Positions 17,483 through 26,624 are shown, counted from the stretch's first letter. The stretch is 32,000 bases of DNA from Xanthomonas campestris pv. campestris str. ATCC 33913 (GCF_000007145.1 NC_003902.1:2906497-2938496); one strand, 5' to 3'. Translations and numbers: made by a program. The notes: generated by a model not told the origin, from the sequence alone.

Positions 17483-19387
17483 TCACGCTGCCTGCTCTGC
17501 CTGCAGGCGTTCGATGAAGGCCGAAACCGTCATGGTTCCGAGGTCCTCTCCCGAACGCGTCCGCACGGCGACCGCGCCATTTTCCTTCTCGCGGTCACCA
17601 ACCACGAGCAAATACGGCACGCGTTGCAGCGTATGCTCGCGAATCTTATAACCGATCTTCTCGTTACGCAAATCGGCGCTGACACGGAAGCCTTGATTTG
17701 CAAGGGTTTTCCGAACCGAGTCCACATATTCAGCCTGAGCGTCGGTGATGTTGGCGACAACGACCTGGACCGGAGCCAGCCAGGCCGGGAATGCGCCGGC
17801 GTGGTGCTCGATCAAAATGCCGATGAAACGCTCCATCGAACCGACGATGGCCCGATGCAGCATGACCGGATGCTTCTTCTGGCTGTGCTCGTCCACGTAC
17901 TCGGCGCCGAGGCGGCCAGGCATCATGAAGTCGACCTGCATCGTACCCAGTTGCCAGGTGCGGCCGATCGCATCCTTGAGGTGGTACTCGATCTTCGGGC
18001 CATAGAAGGCGCCCTCGCCCGGCAGCTCCTGCCATTCCACGCCGCATACGCCCAGCGCGCTGCGCAGCGCGGCCTCGGCCTTGTCCCAGGTCGCATCGTC
18101 GCCGAGGCGCTTTTCCGGGCGCAGCGCGATCTTGATTTGGATGTCGTCGAAACCGAAGGCGGTATAGACCGCCAGCGCCTGCTGATGGAAGGCGGTGACT
18201 TCGGCTTCGATCTGCGATTCCAGGCAGAACACGTGCCCGTCGTCCTGGGTGAAGCCACGCACGCGCAGGATGCCGTGCAGCGCGCCGGAGGGCTCGTTAC
18301 GGTGGCAGGCGCCGAACTCACCGTAGCGGATCGGCAGGTCGCGGTAACTGTGCAGGCCCTGATTGAACACCTGCACGTGGCCGGGGCAGTTCATCGGCTT
18401 GACTGCGTAGGTGCGCTTCTCCGATTCGGTGAAGAACATCGCGTCCTGGTAGTTGTCCCAGTGGCCGGATTTCTGCCACAGCGACACGTCCAGGATCTGC
18501 GGGCAACGCACCTCGCCATAGCCGCTGTCGCGGTAGACCTTGCGCATGTATTGCTCGACCACCTGCCATAGCGACCAGCCCTTGGGGTGCCAGAACACCA
18601 GGCCCGGGGCCTCTTCCTGCAGGTGGAACAGGTCCTGTGCCTTGCCGATCTTGCGGTGGTCGCGCTTGTCGGCTTCTTCCATGCGCAGGATGTAGGCGTC
18701 GAGCTGCTTCTTGTCGGCCCAGGCGGTGCCGTAGATGCGCTGCAGCTGCTCGTTCTTGGCATCGCCACGCCAGTAGGCGCCGGAGATGCGCGTCAGCTTG
18801 AAGGCCTTGAGGAAGCGCGTGTTGGGCACGTGCGGGCCGCGGCACATGTCCACGTATTCCTGGTGGTAGTACAGGCCCATCGCGGTGATGTCGTCGGACA
18901 TGTCCTCAATCAGGCGCAGCTTGTACTCCTCACCGCGCTGGGCGAACACCTCAATCACCTCGGCGCGCGGGGTGACCTTCTTGATCACGTCGTAGTCCTG
19001 CGCGATCAGTTGCTGCATGCGTTGCTCGATCGCCGCCATGTCTTCCGGCGTGAACGGGCGCTCGCTGTAGATGTCGTAATAGAAGCCTTCGGCAATCACC
19101 GGGCCGATCACCATCTTGACGTCCGGGTACAGCTGCTTGACCGCATGGCCGACCAGGTGGGCGCAGGAGTGGCGGATGATCTCCACGCCTTCGGCGTCCT
19201 TGGCGGTGATGATGCGCAGGCTGGCGTCATGTTCGATGAGGTCGCTGGCGTCGACCAGCTGGCCGTCCACCTGGCCGGCGATGGTGGCCTTGGCCAGGCC
19301 GGCGCCGATCGACTGGGCGACCTGCATGACGGACACGGGAGCATCGAATTCGCGGCGGCTGCCGTCGGGAAGCGTAATGGTGATCAT
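17483..19387 (-). CDS. thrS: Threonine--tRNA ligase
   Basis: ORF track 17483..19393 starts at a TTG. ATG 19387 gives [28 protein letters not shown]..., collinear with E. coli ThrS (MPVITLPDGS...). The HxxxH editing motif (HSCAHLVGH) and class II core are present. Confidence 0.95.
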   Translation of the reverse strand: MITITLPDGSRREFDAPVSVMQVAQSIGAGLAKATIAGQVDGQLVDASDLIEHDASLRIITAKDAEGVEIIRHSCAHLVGHAVKQLYPDVKMVIGPVIAEGFYYDIYSERPFTPEDMAAIEQRMQQLIAQDYDVIKKVTPRAEVIEVFAQRGEEYKLRLIEDMSDDITAMGLYYHQEYVDMCRGPHVPNTRFLKAFKLTRISGAYWRGDAKNEQLQRIYGTAWADKKQLDAYILRMEEADKRDHRKIGKAQDLFHLQEEAPGLVFWHPKGWSLWQVVEQYMRKVYRDSGYGEVRCPQILDVSLWQKSGHWDNYQDAMFFTESEKRTYAVKPMNCPGHVQVFNQGLHSYRDLPIRYGEFGACHRNEPSGALHGILRVRGFTQDDGHVFCLESQIEAEVTAFHQQALAVYTAFGFDDIQIKIALRPEKRLGDDATWDKAEAALRSALGVCGVEWQELPGEGAFYGPKIEYHLKDAIGRTWQLGTMQVDFMMPGRLGAEYVDEHSQKKHPVMLHRAIVGSMERFIGILIEHHAGAFPAWLAPVQVVVANITDAQAEYVDSVRKTLANQGFRVSADLRNEKIGYKIREHTLQRVPYLLVVGDREKENGAVAVRTRSGEDLGTMTVSAFIERLQAEQAA

Positions 19388-19486
19388 GGGCAACGATAGG
19401 GTCTGGTCTGGCCGCAGCCGGTGGCTGCTGCAGTGAGAGATCCGTCCACGCGGGGACAGGCTCGAAAGGGTCAGGCGAAGAAGTCA

Positions 19487-19514
19487 GGCGCAAAAAAAGC
19501 GCCGCGTGGGCGCC
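19487..19514 (-). terminator. Terminator-like hairpin with U7 tract about 100 nt upstream of thrS
   Basis: Minus strand reads AAGGCGCC-CACGC-GGCGCTTTTTTT. The same GGCGC can instead pair across the T7 run with the downstream GCGCC (GGCGC-TTTTTTT-GCGCC), so two mutually exclusive hairpins are possible. Confidence 0.4.
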
Positions 19515-19716
19515 TTGCGGTCTGGCGCCGGTCGGGATCAGCGGTGGGCAGGGCTAGTGCTCATGTCGCACGCTCGGCCGGCGCGGGGCGCGGGCCACCT
19601 TCTCGCAAGGGTGTCTGAGGCGAATGGTAAACCAATCAGCGGGCCGATGCGCGTGGCAGCACGGGCCCGGCGGGCGCATGGCATGATGCCGGCCACTTGT
19701 CCTGCCGTTGCCGATC

Positions 19717-20841
19717 ATGACCATCAAGGGTAAAGCCACCTCGCTGGATATCGCCTACCTGGCCGGCGTCTCGCAACCGACCGTTTCGCGTGCCCTGCGC
19801 GGCAGCCCGATGGTGAACGAGGACACCCGCCAGCGGATCCTGCGGATTGCCCGCGAGCTGAACTATAAGGTCGACAAAAACGCCTCCTCGCTGCGGCTGC
19901 GCAACGCCGGCACGCTGGCGCTGCTGTTCTTCGAAGACCCCACCGCCGATGACTCGCTGATCAACCCGTTCTTCCACTCGATGCTGGGCTCGATCACCCG
20001 TGCCTGCGCGCTGCAGGGCTACGACTTGCTGGTGTCGTTCCAGCAGCTGTCCAAGGATTGGCAGGCCGATTACGAAGACAGCAACAAGGCCGACGGCATC
20101 ATCCTGCTCGGCTACGGCGATTATCAGGAATCACGCCAGCGGCTGCAGCTGCTGGTCGAACAAGGCACGCACTTCGTACGCTGGGGCGCGGCGCTGCCGG
20201 GTCAACCGGGTATTTCGATCGGCAGCGATAACTATCAGGGCGGGCTGGACATCACCGAGCACCTGCTCGCGCAGGGCTGCCGGCGGATCGCATTTCTCGG
20301 CCACGCCTCCAACCATTACCCGGAGTTCGAGGAGCGCTATCGCGGGCATGTCGCAGCGTTAGCGTTACAGGGTGTGGCGGCGGATGCCGCGCTGCAGTTC
20401 GATGCGATTACCACCGAGCTGTCCGGTTACACCGCGTGCCTGGCGCTGCTCGACAGCGGGCAGGCGTTCGACGCGGTGTGCGCGGCCAGCGATTTGATTG
20501 CGATCGGCGCGATGCGGGCACTGCGCGAACGCGGACTGCGCGTGCCGCAGGACGTGGCCGTCAGCGGCTTCGACGACATCGCCCTGGCTGCCTCGGTGGC
20601 GCCAGCACTATCGACCGTGCAACAGGACACCAAGCAGGCCGGCGCCCTGTTGGTCGAAAGCCTGGTGGCGCTGATTCGTGGTGACGCTGCACAGAGCCGC
20701 ACAATCCCGGTTCGGCTGGCGGTGCGCGAGTCGTCGACCAGCAGTGGCCTGCAACCGCCGCTGGGGTGGAACCCGTCGACGGCTGCGGAGTCCAGCGATG
20801 GGCTGCGCGGGAAGGCGGCGAGCGGAAACGCGACGCGCTGA
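19717..20841 (+). CDS. LacI-family transcriptional regulator (probable repressor of the adjacent maltodextrin utilisation genes)
   Basis: ORF track 19708..20841 starts at a TTG. ATG 19717 gives MTIKGKATSLDIAYLAGVSQPTVSRALRGSPMVNEDTRQRILRIARELNYKVDKNASSLR, a typical LacI HTH, followed by a periplasmic-binding-protein-like effector domain. Start choice between 19708 and 19717 is uncertain. Confidence 0.88.
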   Translation: MTIKGKATSLDIAYLAGVSQPTVSRALRGSPMVNEDTRQRILRIARELNYKVDKNASSLRLRNAGTLALLFFEDPTADDSLINPFFHSMLGSITRACALQGYDLLVSFQQLSKDWQADYEDSNKADGIILLGYGDYQESRQRLQLLVEQGTHFVRWGAALPGQPGISIGSDNYQGGLDITEHLLAQGCRRIAFLGHASNHYPEFEERYRGHVAALALQGVAADAALQFDAITTELSGYTACLALLDSGQAFDAVCAASDLIAIGAMRALRERGLRVPQDVAVSGFDDIALAASVAPALSTVQQDTKQAGALLVESLVALIRGDAAQSRTIPVRLAVRESSTSSGLQPPLGWNPSTAAESSDGLRGKAASGNATR

Positions 20842-20846
20842 GATTC

Positions 20847-20895
20847 GGGAATCGGGAAGCGGGAAGCGGGAAGCGGGAAGCGGGAAGCGGGAATC
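20847..20895 (+). repeat. Heptanucleotide microsatellite GGGAATC-(GGGAAGC)x5-GGGAATC
   Basis: There are seven perfect-phase 7-mers, counted by hand. The tract starts 5 nt after the regulator stop codon (TGA 20839-20841). Confidence 0.95.
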
Positions 20896-20976
20896 GTTGG
20901 AGCATGCGTCGCGCGGATGAGTCGCCATCGTTGTTGGTCGCGACCTGCTGACGCTATTGCAGCCGACTGATGCCTT

Positions 20977-21044
20977 TGTAGGAGCGCACTTGTGCGCGAT
21001 GAGGCGTCACCGATAACGCCGCATCGCGCGCTGGCGCGCTCCTA
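20977..21044. repeat. Compound REP-type palindromic element between convergent genes
   Basis: Outer arms are GTAGGAGCGC (20977-20986) and GCGCTCCTAC (21035-21044). They enclose three small hairpins: GCGCAC-TT-GTGCGC, GGCGT-CACCGATA-ACGCC and GCGCGC-TG-GCGCGC. The right arm contains the amylase stop codon. The TGTAGGAGCGCACTTGTGCGCGA motif is one I recognise as a recurrent Xanthomonas intergenic repeat. Confidence 0.7.
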
Positions 21045-22718
21045 CTTGTTGCGTGCATCGCGCGCGGCCTGGTCCGCCATCTGTGCGTCCAGCTGCTTGC
21101 GTAGGGCGACGTCGGTCACCGGCGCATCCGACAGCAGCACGCGCACGCCATGCGCCGGCACCTGCAGCGTCACGCGACCTTGCACCTGCACCTGCTCGCC
21201 ACTGAAGGCGTCGCGCCAGCTGCCGGGCTGCAGCAAGCGGGACACCGCAATGTCCGCCGCCGCGTCGCCCTTGTTGAGCAAGACCAACGCGGTCTGCGTC
21301 ATGCCCGCATGCTGGTAGACGCGCAGGAACGCTGCCTGGTCGCCGCGCAACTGCAGATCCACCTGCACGCCGCGCTGCAGGGCCGGGGTATTGCGCCGCA
21401 AGGTCGCGATGCGCTGCAGCGGGCCGAAGATCGGGCTCTGCGGTGCGTTGCTGACGCGCTCTTCGCCAAAATAATTGCGATTACCCGCGTGTTCGGCGCG
21501 CCCGCGCATGAAGCCGGTTTCCGAGCCGTAATAGATCACCGGAATGCCGCGCGCGGTGAACAACCAATTGTGCGCATCGATGAAGCCGGTATCGCTGGCA
21601 TCCAGGCGCGCCATGTCGTGGTTGTCGTAGAAGCTCATCAACTCGTACGGGTTGCCATACGGGCCTTTGCGCAGATACAGCGGCGTGGCGAGCTGTTCGA
21701 AGCCAGCCTGTTTGTGGCCGAACACGGCGGATAGCTGCTGTTTGAGCGGGAAGTCCAGCACGCTGACGCCGGCGTTGCGCGCCCAGGTGTGGCCGGCGAT
21801 CTTGGCCGGGTCGTAGTCGAAGGCTTCGCCAAACATGAAAACGCCCGGGCGTTTCTCGCGGATCCGCGCTACGAAGGCATGCCAGAAGCGGTCTGGCATC
21901 CAGCCGATGGTGTCGATGCGAAACGCATCGGCACCCTGCTCCATCCACTGCAGGTAGGCGCCGGCTAGATAGTCCAGCACAGCCGGGTTGTCTTCATTGA
22001 GGTCCGACAATTCCGCCAGGCCGCCGCTGGTGTTGTAGAACGCGTGCAACGGGTTGTGCGCCGGGTCGAGCTGTGCGGGTGCGAGGTTCTGATGATCGGC
22101 AACCAGGCGGCCCTGTGCGTCGTAGAGCTTGCCAAACCCGGGCTGCGCCACCGGCATGCTGTAGGCGGGCGAGCCGTGGTTGCCGACGATATCCAGCACC
22201 ACCTTCAGGTCATTGGCGTGCATGGAGCGCGTGAACCCGGCGAAATCCAGCCCCGGGCTGGGGATATGTTCGTCGAGCCTGTAAAAATTGACGCCCCAAT
22301 AGCCGTGATAACCGGTCTTGCCGTGATCGCTGAGCGTGCTCTCGCAGGTGATGGGCTTGCCACCGGTGAACGCTTCGTCCGGGTTGTCGACGATCGGGGT
22401 GATCCACACCGCGCCAAAGCCGAGGCCGCGAATGTAGTCGGCATGATCGACGATGCCCTTGAAGTCGCCGCCGAGGTAACCGATGTTGTCGCCCACGCCA
22501 CCGTCGCACGGTGTGGGCACATCGAAGCTGCGATGTGCGCCGCCCTGGTCGCGGTGATCGTTGCCCGTGTCGCCGTTGACGAAGCGATCGGTGACCACGA
22601 AATACACCGCATCGGCGGCGAACGGTTCCAGGGTGCCGTAGTAATCACCGGGTGCAGGCGCAGCGCAGGCTGCTCCCGAATAAAGCAGCATGGCTGCCAT
22701 CAAGACGCTGCGCATCAT
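21042..22718 (-). CDS. Secreted GH13 alpha-amylase-family enzyme (annotated cyclomaltodextrin glucanotransferase-like in xanthomonads)
   Basis: This is the C-terminal 558 aa of ORF 21042..23483. Start at ATGATG 22718 (MMRSVLMAAMLLYSGAACAAP signal peptide), with AGGGAGGG upstream and overlapping the transporter stop (ATGA). All four GH13 regions are present: VVLDIVGNHGS, GADAFRIDTIGWM, FMFGEAFD, SFYDNHDMARL. Confidence 0.9.
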   Translation of the reverse strand: MMRSVLMAAMLLYSGAACAAPAPGDYYGTLEPFAADAVYFVVTDRFVNGDTGNDHRDQGGAHRSFDVPTPCDGGVGDNIGYLGGDFKGIVDHADYIRGLGFGAVWITPIVDNPDEAFTGGKPITCESTLSDHGKTGYHGYWGVNFYRLDEHIPSPGLDFAGFTRSMHANDLKVVLDIVGNHGSPAYSMPVAQPGFGKLYDAQGRLVADHQNLAPAQLDPAHNPLHAFYNTSGGLAELSDLNEDNPAVLDYLAGAYLQWMEQGADAFRIDTIGWMPDRFWHAFVARIREKRPGVFMFGEAFDYDPAKIAGHTWARNAGVSVLDFPLKQQLSAVFGHKQAGFEQLATPLYLRKGPYGNPYELMSFYDNHDMARLDASDTGFIDAHNWLFTARGIPVIYYGSETGFMRGRAEHAGNRNYFGEERVSNAPQSPIFGPLQRIATLRRNTPALQRGVQVDLQLRGDQAAFLRVYQHAGMTQTALVLLNKGDAAADIAVSRLLQPGSWRDAFSGEQVQVQGRVTLQVPAHGVRVLLSDAPVTDVALRKQLDAQMADQAARDARNK

Positions 22719-24193
22719 TGCCCTCCCTGGGCGCTTGGGACCCGCACCACGCACACACCGGCCACGATCAGGCTCAAGCCGCCGATCGCCAGCGCGTAGA
22801 TCGGTTGCCCGCCCAGCCACACGCGGAGCACGAAGCCCAGGGCGCTGGCGGCAACCAATTGCGGAATCACGATAAAGAAATTGAAGATGCCCATATACAC
22901 GCCCATCTTGGCGGCGGGCACGCTGTCGGACAGCAGTGCATAGGGCAAGGACAGGATCGAGGCCCAGGCAAAACCGACGCCCAGCATCGACAGCAGCAGC
23001 CAGTACGGGTCGCGGATGAACAGCATCGACAACAACCCCGCCGCACCCAGCCACAGGTTGCACAGGTGGCTCCAGCGCAGCCCGATCGCACGCACCATCA
23101 GCGGGATGACGGTGGCGGCGAGCGCGGCAAAGCCGTTGTAGGCGCCGAACAACACACCCACCCAGTTCGCCCCGTCGTTGTAGGCGGCCGAGACGGTATC
23201 GCGTGCGCCGAAATGCACCTGCGGCACTGCCGCGGTGGTGTAGATCCACATCGCAAACAGCGCAAACCACGAAAAGAACTGCACCCAGGCCAGGCGCCGC
23301 ATCGTCTGCGGCATGTGGCGCAGATCGTGCATGATTGCGACCAGCATGCCGCCACGCGGCAGCACGCGCGCCAACGCCAGCAGCACGCCATAGGCGATGC
23401 ACAGGCCCGCCAGCACGTACAACATGCGATCGCCGTGCTGCCAGGCGATGGCAGCGGCCAGCAGCAACCCGCCCAGACACCACAGCACGCTGGCCTGCAG
23501 GCTGGGTTGATCGGTGGCGGCCAGTTGCGCGGCAGCCGGTGCCGGCGCCGGTTCAAACGCCGCCAGCTCGGCCGGGCTGTATTCGCGCGTGCGCAGCACC
23601 GTCCAGCTGATCGACAGGAACAACACCGCCGCACCTAGGTAGAACGCGTAGCGCACGCTATCGGGCAGCTCGCCGGCAGGTGCAGTGTTGTCTACGCCCC
23701 AGCGCGTCAGCAGCCAGGGCAGAAAGCTCGCCACAATCGCGCCGACGCCAATGAAAAAGCTCTGCATCGCGTAGCCGCTGGGGCGTTGCTCGGCCGGCAG
23801 CTGGTCACCGACCAAGGCGCGGAATGGCTCCATCGAAATGTTGATGGACGCGTCCAGTACCCACAGCGTGCCGGCTGCGATCCACAGCACCGGCGCGTTG
23901 GGCATCACCAGCAACGCCAGCGTGGTGAACACCGCACCGATCATGAAGTACGGCCGGCGGCGGCCCCAGCCGGTCCAGGTGCGGTCGGAGAGATAGCCGA
24001 TGATGGGCTGCACGATCAGCCCGGTCAGCGGCGCGGCAATCCACAGCCCGGGCACATCGTCGACCTGCGCGCCCAGCGTCTGGAAGATGCGGCTGGCATT
24101 GGCGTTTTGCAGTGCAAAGCCGAACTGGATGCCGAGGAATCCAAAGCACATGTTCCAGATCTGCCAGAAACTCAGCGTTGGCTTGGCCTTCAT
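22715..24193 (-). CDS. MFS sugar transporter (sucrose/maltose:H+ symporter-like, GPH/SLC45 type), probable inner-membrane maltodextrin/maltose importer
   Basis: ORF track 492 aa, about 12 hydrophobic segments, MKAKPTLSFWQIWNMCFGFLGIQFGFALQNANASRIFQTLGA... ATG 24193 overlaps the upstream hydrolase stop (ATGA). Confidence 0.85.
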   Translation of the reverse strand: MKAKPTLSFWQIWNMCFGFLGIQFGFALQNANASRIFQTLGAQVDDVPGLWIAAPLTGLIVQPIIGYLSDRTWTGWGRRRPYFMIGAVFTTLALLVMPNAPVLWIAAGTLWVLDASINISMEPFRALVGDQLPAEQRPSGYAMQSFFIGVGAIVASFLPWLLTRWGVDNTAPAGELPDSVRYAFYLGAAVLFLSISWTVLRTREYSPAELAAFEPAPAPAAAQLAATDQPSLQASVLWCLGGLLLAAAIAWQHGDRMLYVLAGLCIAYGVLLALARVLPRGGMLVAIMHDLRHMPQTMRRLAWVQFFSWFALFAMWIYTTAAVPQVHFGARDTVSAAYNDGANWVGVLFGAYNGFAALAATVIPLMVRAIGLRWSHLCNLWLGAAGLLSMLFIRDPYWLLLSMLGVGFAWASILSLPYALLSDSVPAAKMGVYMGIFNFFIVIPQLVAASALGFVLRVWLGGQPIYALAIGGLSLIVAGVCVVRVPSAQGGQ

Positions 24194-26382
24194 GGCGCCG
24201 CCTCCGCTGAGGCGACCGGCCCGACCAACAAGGCGCTCACCGTGGCCTGATTTCGCACACCATCCTCGCCGCCGCGCCCGCCGTTGTACGCGGCAAAATG
24301 CGCAAGTGCGCTCATGTTGAAGCCTTCCTCCAGACGTAGCGTGCAGCGCTGCAGTGCCGGCAGATCGAACACCACGTGCGTGGACAGCTGCTCACCCACG
24401 CTATGCGGCATCACGATGGTGCGGGTCTGCGGCGCATGGCCCGGGCACTCCAGCTGCAACCGTTTCACCGCAGCGGTGATGCCGGTATTGATCGGGCCGT
24501 TGTCATTGCGATACCGCAGTGCGATGCGGTGACGCCCGGCACGTGCGGGTTGCCACGCCCACTGCGCAGCGCCGGGCAGCGCCTGCATCGGGCCAACGGT
24601 GACCGTGGGGCTATGCAGTGACTCCAGACCGTCAGCGCGACGGGTCAGGCTGAGGTCGTGCAGCAGGCCGTCGTCGCTCAGGTCAAACCGTGTGCTGGCC
24701 TCTACCGCGCGGCCATCCAGATACAGCGTGGTGCCGGCAGGAATGGCAACGCGCAGGCCATCGCCATGCGGTTGAACATGCGGCGCAGGCGGCATTTCCG
24801 GCGCGAATACCTGGGCGGGTCGCGGTGGTGCCTGCATCTCCGCGGCACGGCCAACCAGTTGCACACGCGTGGTCTGCCCTTGGTGTTCGATGCGCCCGGC
24901 GACCAGCAGATCGCCATCAACATCGCGGCCTTCGGGGCGTACCAATACGTAGCGCCGCGCACCCTGTTCAAGCACGATCTGGGTACGGTCGCCGAACAAT
25001 AGCGGCACCAGCGAACGCGGCAGCTTGGGCGTCACACTGCCATCGGCAGCAACGCCGAACACGCCTTCCAGCACCGCCGACAGGTACCCGGCCACCGACC
25101 ACAGCTGCCGTGGCGAATTGACCACCGGGCCGCTGCGCGCTCCCTCCTCCACATGCACGGCAAGCGACTGCATCTCGTAGTTTTCCATGTTGGAACCGGC
25201 CAACGCGCTTGCGCGCATCAGCGATTCCAGTTGGAGTGCAATCCGTGGTGCGTTGTCGAGCGTGCGCGCGGCGCGCAGCGCATAGGCACTGACAAACGGC
25301 CACACCGCGCGGTTGTGATAGATCGGCTGCATGCGTTCCTGCGGCCACACCACGGGCGTGCCGCCGGCCACGGCCGGATAGCGGCGCATCGCCTCACGCG
25401 CTCGCTCGGGGGGAAACACATCGGCCAGCACACCCAGCGACAGCCCCAGCATGTCCACCTTGGCGTAGCGCACCGGGTGCGCCGCACTGCCAAGATAGCT
25501 GACGTACTGCTGCTGTGTTGCATCCCAGAAACGTGTATCGATGGCCTGCCGTAGTTGCGCGGCCCAGCGCGCATATTCGCGGGCCCGCGCGTCGCCACGC
25601 TGCCGCGCCAGCTGCTCGGCCAGGCGCAGGGCCTGGTAATGCAGCACATTGGTCGACAGCGCGAAGGATTCGGCGATGAAGCGCACATCCTCGCGCGTCC
25701 ATGCAGGATAGGTCTGCTCGCGCCAGTCCAGGAACGAGGTTTCGCCGCGATAAAGACCCATATCCGCATCGAAGACCGCGTCGCGGTCCTGTGCCACGGT
25801 GGCCTGCAATGCGCTCCAGACTTCGTCGGCAAACGCGCGATCTTCGAGCAAGCCGCGTGCGGCCAGAAACCACACCACGCGGTCGCTGCTGATCGGCCAA
25901 CTGCCACCGGAGCCGGTGTCCTGCGCAACAAACAGGCCCGGCGTGCGTCCATCGCGCGCCTGCGACAGCTTGAATCGCAGCGAGGTGCGGGTGCGCTCCG
26001 GCTCCAGCCGCGCCAGCGCGAGATCGGCGGCAAAGCTCACATCGCGCGTCCACACATACGGCCAGCGCTCGCCGGTTTCAAAGCACGCGCAGGCTACCGG
26101 CTTGCCGTGATTGAAAGCGGGATCGCGGATCGCCTCCACGCGGTCGTCGGCCAGTTCCTGTTGCGCCAGCGCGAACAACCCATCGAACACCGGGCTGGCG
26201 GTGTCGGTGCGCATCGGTTGTGCGGGAATGCGGCGTTCGCCCTGCGGCCAGCGCAACAAAAAGCCACCATCGTCCAACGCCTGCGCTTGCGCCCGGCGTC
26301 CTTGAAACTCCAGTTCATCGGCCGCTACCGGCGAACTTGCGGCGACGCCCAGCGTCGCTGCCATGCAGATCATCTTCAGCAT
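24190..26382 (-). CDS. Secreted six-hairpin glycoside hydrolase, glucoamylase (GH15)-like; family assignment tentative
   Basis: ORF track 24190..26529. Start placed at ATG 26382 (MLKMICMAATLGVAASSPVAADE, signal-peptide-like), giving 730 aa. The motif RWPYVWTRDVSFAADLAL resembles the glucoamylase YxWTRD signature. Context is a maltodextrin locus. Confidence 0.6.
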   Translation of the reverse strand: MLKMICMAATLGVAASSPVAADELEFQGRRAQAQALDDGGFLLRWPQGERRIPAQPMRTDTASPVFDGLFALAQQELADDRVEAIRDPAFNHGKPVACACFETGERWPYVWTRDVSFAADLALARLEPERTRTSLRFKLSQARDGRTPGLFVAQDTGSGGSWPISSDRVVWFLAARGLLEDRAFADEVWSALQATVAQDRDAVFDADMGLYRGETSFLDWREQTYPAWTREDVRFIAESFALSTNVLHYQALRLAEQLARQRGDARAREYARWAAQLRQAIDTRFWDATQQQYVSYLGSAAHPVRYAKVDMLGLSLGVLADVFPPERAREAMRRYPAVAGGTPVVWPQERMQPIYHNRAVWPFVSAYALRAARTLDNAPRIALQLESLMRASALAGSNMENYEMQSLAVHVEEGARSGPVVNSPRQLWSVAGYLSAVLEGVFGVAADGSVTPKLPRSLVPLLFGDRTQIVLEQGARRYVLVRPEGRDVDGDLLVAGRIEHQGQTTRVQLVGRAAEMQAPPRPAQVFAPEMPPAPHVQPHGDGLRVAIPAGTTLYLDGRAVEASTRFDLSDDGLLHDLSLTRRADGLESLHSPTVTVGPMQALPGAAQWAWQPARAGRHRIALRYRNDNGPINTGITAAVKRLQLECPGHAPQTRTIVMPHSVGEQLSTHVVFDLPALQRCTLRLEEGFNMSALAHFAAYNGGRGGEDGVRNQATVSALLVGPVASAEAAP

Positions 26383-26524
26383 CGAAGCGGCGAGACAGCT
26401 TGCGCCGTCGGCCTCCCTCCCTCGTTGCACGCGTTGTGATGCGTGGCAGTGCCTGCCACGGCCGCGGCCCCTCCCAGGTACCGTGGGCAACATGGTAGTG
26501 CCGCACTCCACGGTTCCGCACCCC

Positions 26525-26538
26525 TGCATACGTATTCA
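26525..26538. promoter_or_regulatory. Candidate LacI-family operator TGCATACGTATTCA in the divergent promoter region
   Basis: This is a 14-bp palindrome (12/14 self-complementary) centred on CG. It is the exact reverse complement of the 14-mer at 28870-28883. It lies 87 nt upstream of the GH97 ATG and 143 nt upstream of the minus-strand operon ATG. Confidence 0.6.
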
Positions 26539-26624
26539 TGGCCACACGCCGCACGCAGCACAACGCCTGCACGCAACGGCGCGGCATAGTCGGCGCTTGT
26601 GCAACGGTGACCTTGGGAGGGGAT

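Noticed and set aside
16400-18571. 723-aa ORF on the plus strand
   Set aside because: It is antisense to rpmI, infC and thrS and crosses two intergenic regions. It has no recognisable domains and is a shadow ORF.
19394-19716. T-box or E. coli-type thrS operator (anticodon-arm mimic) in the thrS leader
   Set aside because: I could not recognise a T-box specifier/antiterminator architecture or a convincing tRNA-Thr anticodon-like stem by eye. Only the terminator-like hairpin is reported.
20847-20895. Possible CRISPR-like array
   Set aside because: The units are 7 bp and contiguous, with no spacers and no cas genes. It is a microsatellite, not a CRISPR array.
22719-23483. N-terminal 255 codons of the 813-aa ORF 21042..23483, which would make a giant amylase
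   Set aside because: This stretch overlaps the MFS transporter gene in another frame and is Arg/Ala-rich. The real amylase start is the SD-preceded ATGATG at 22718, followed by a signal peptide.
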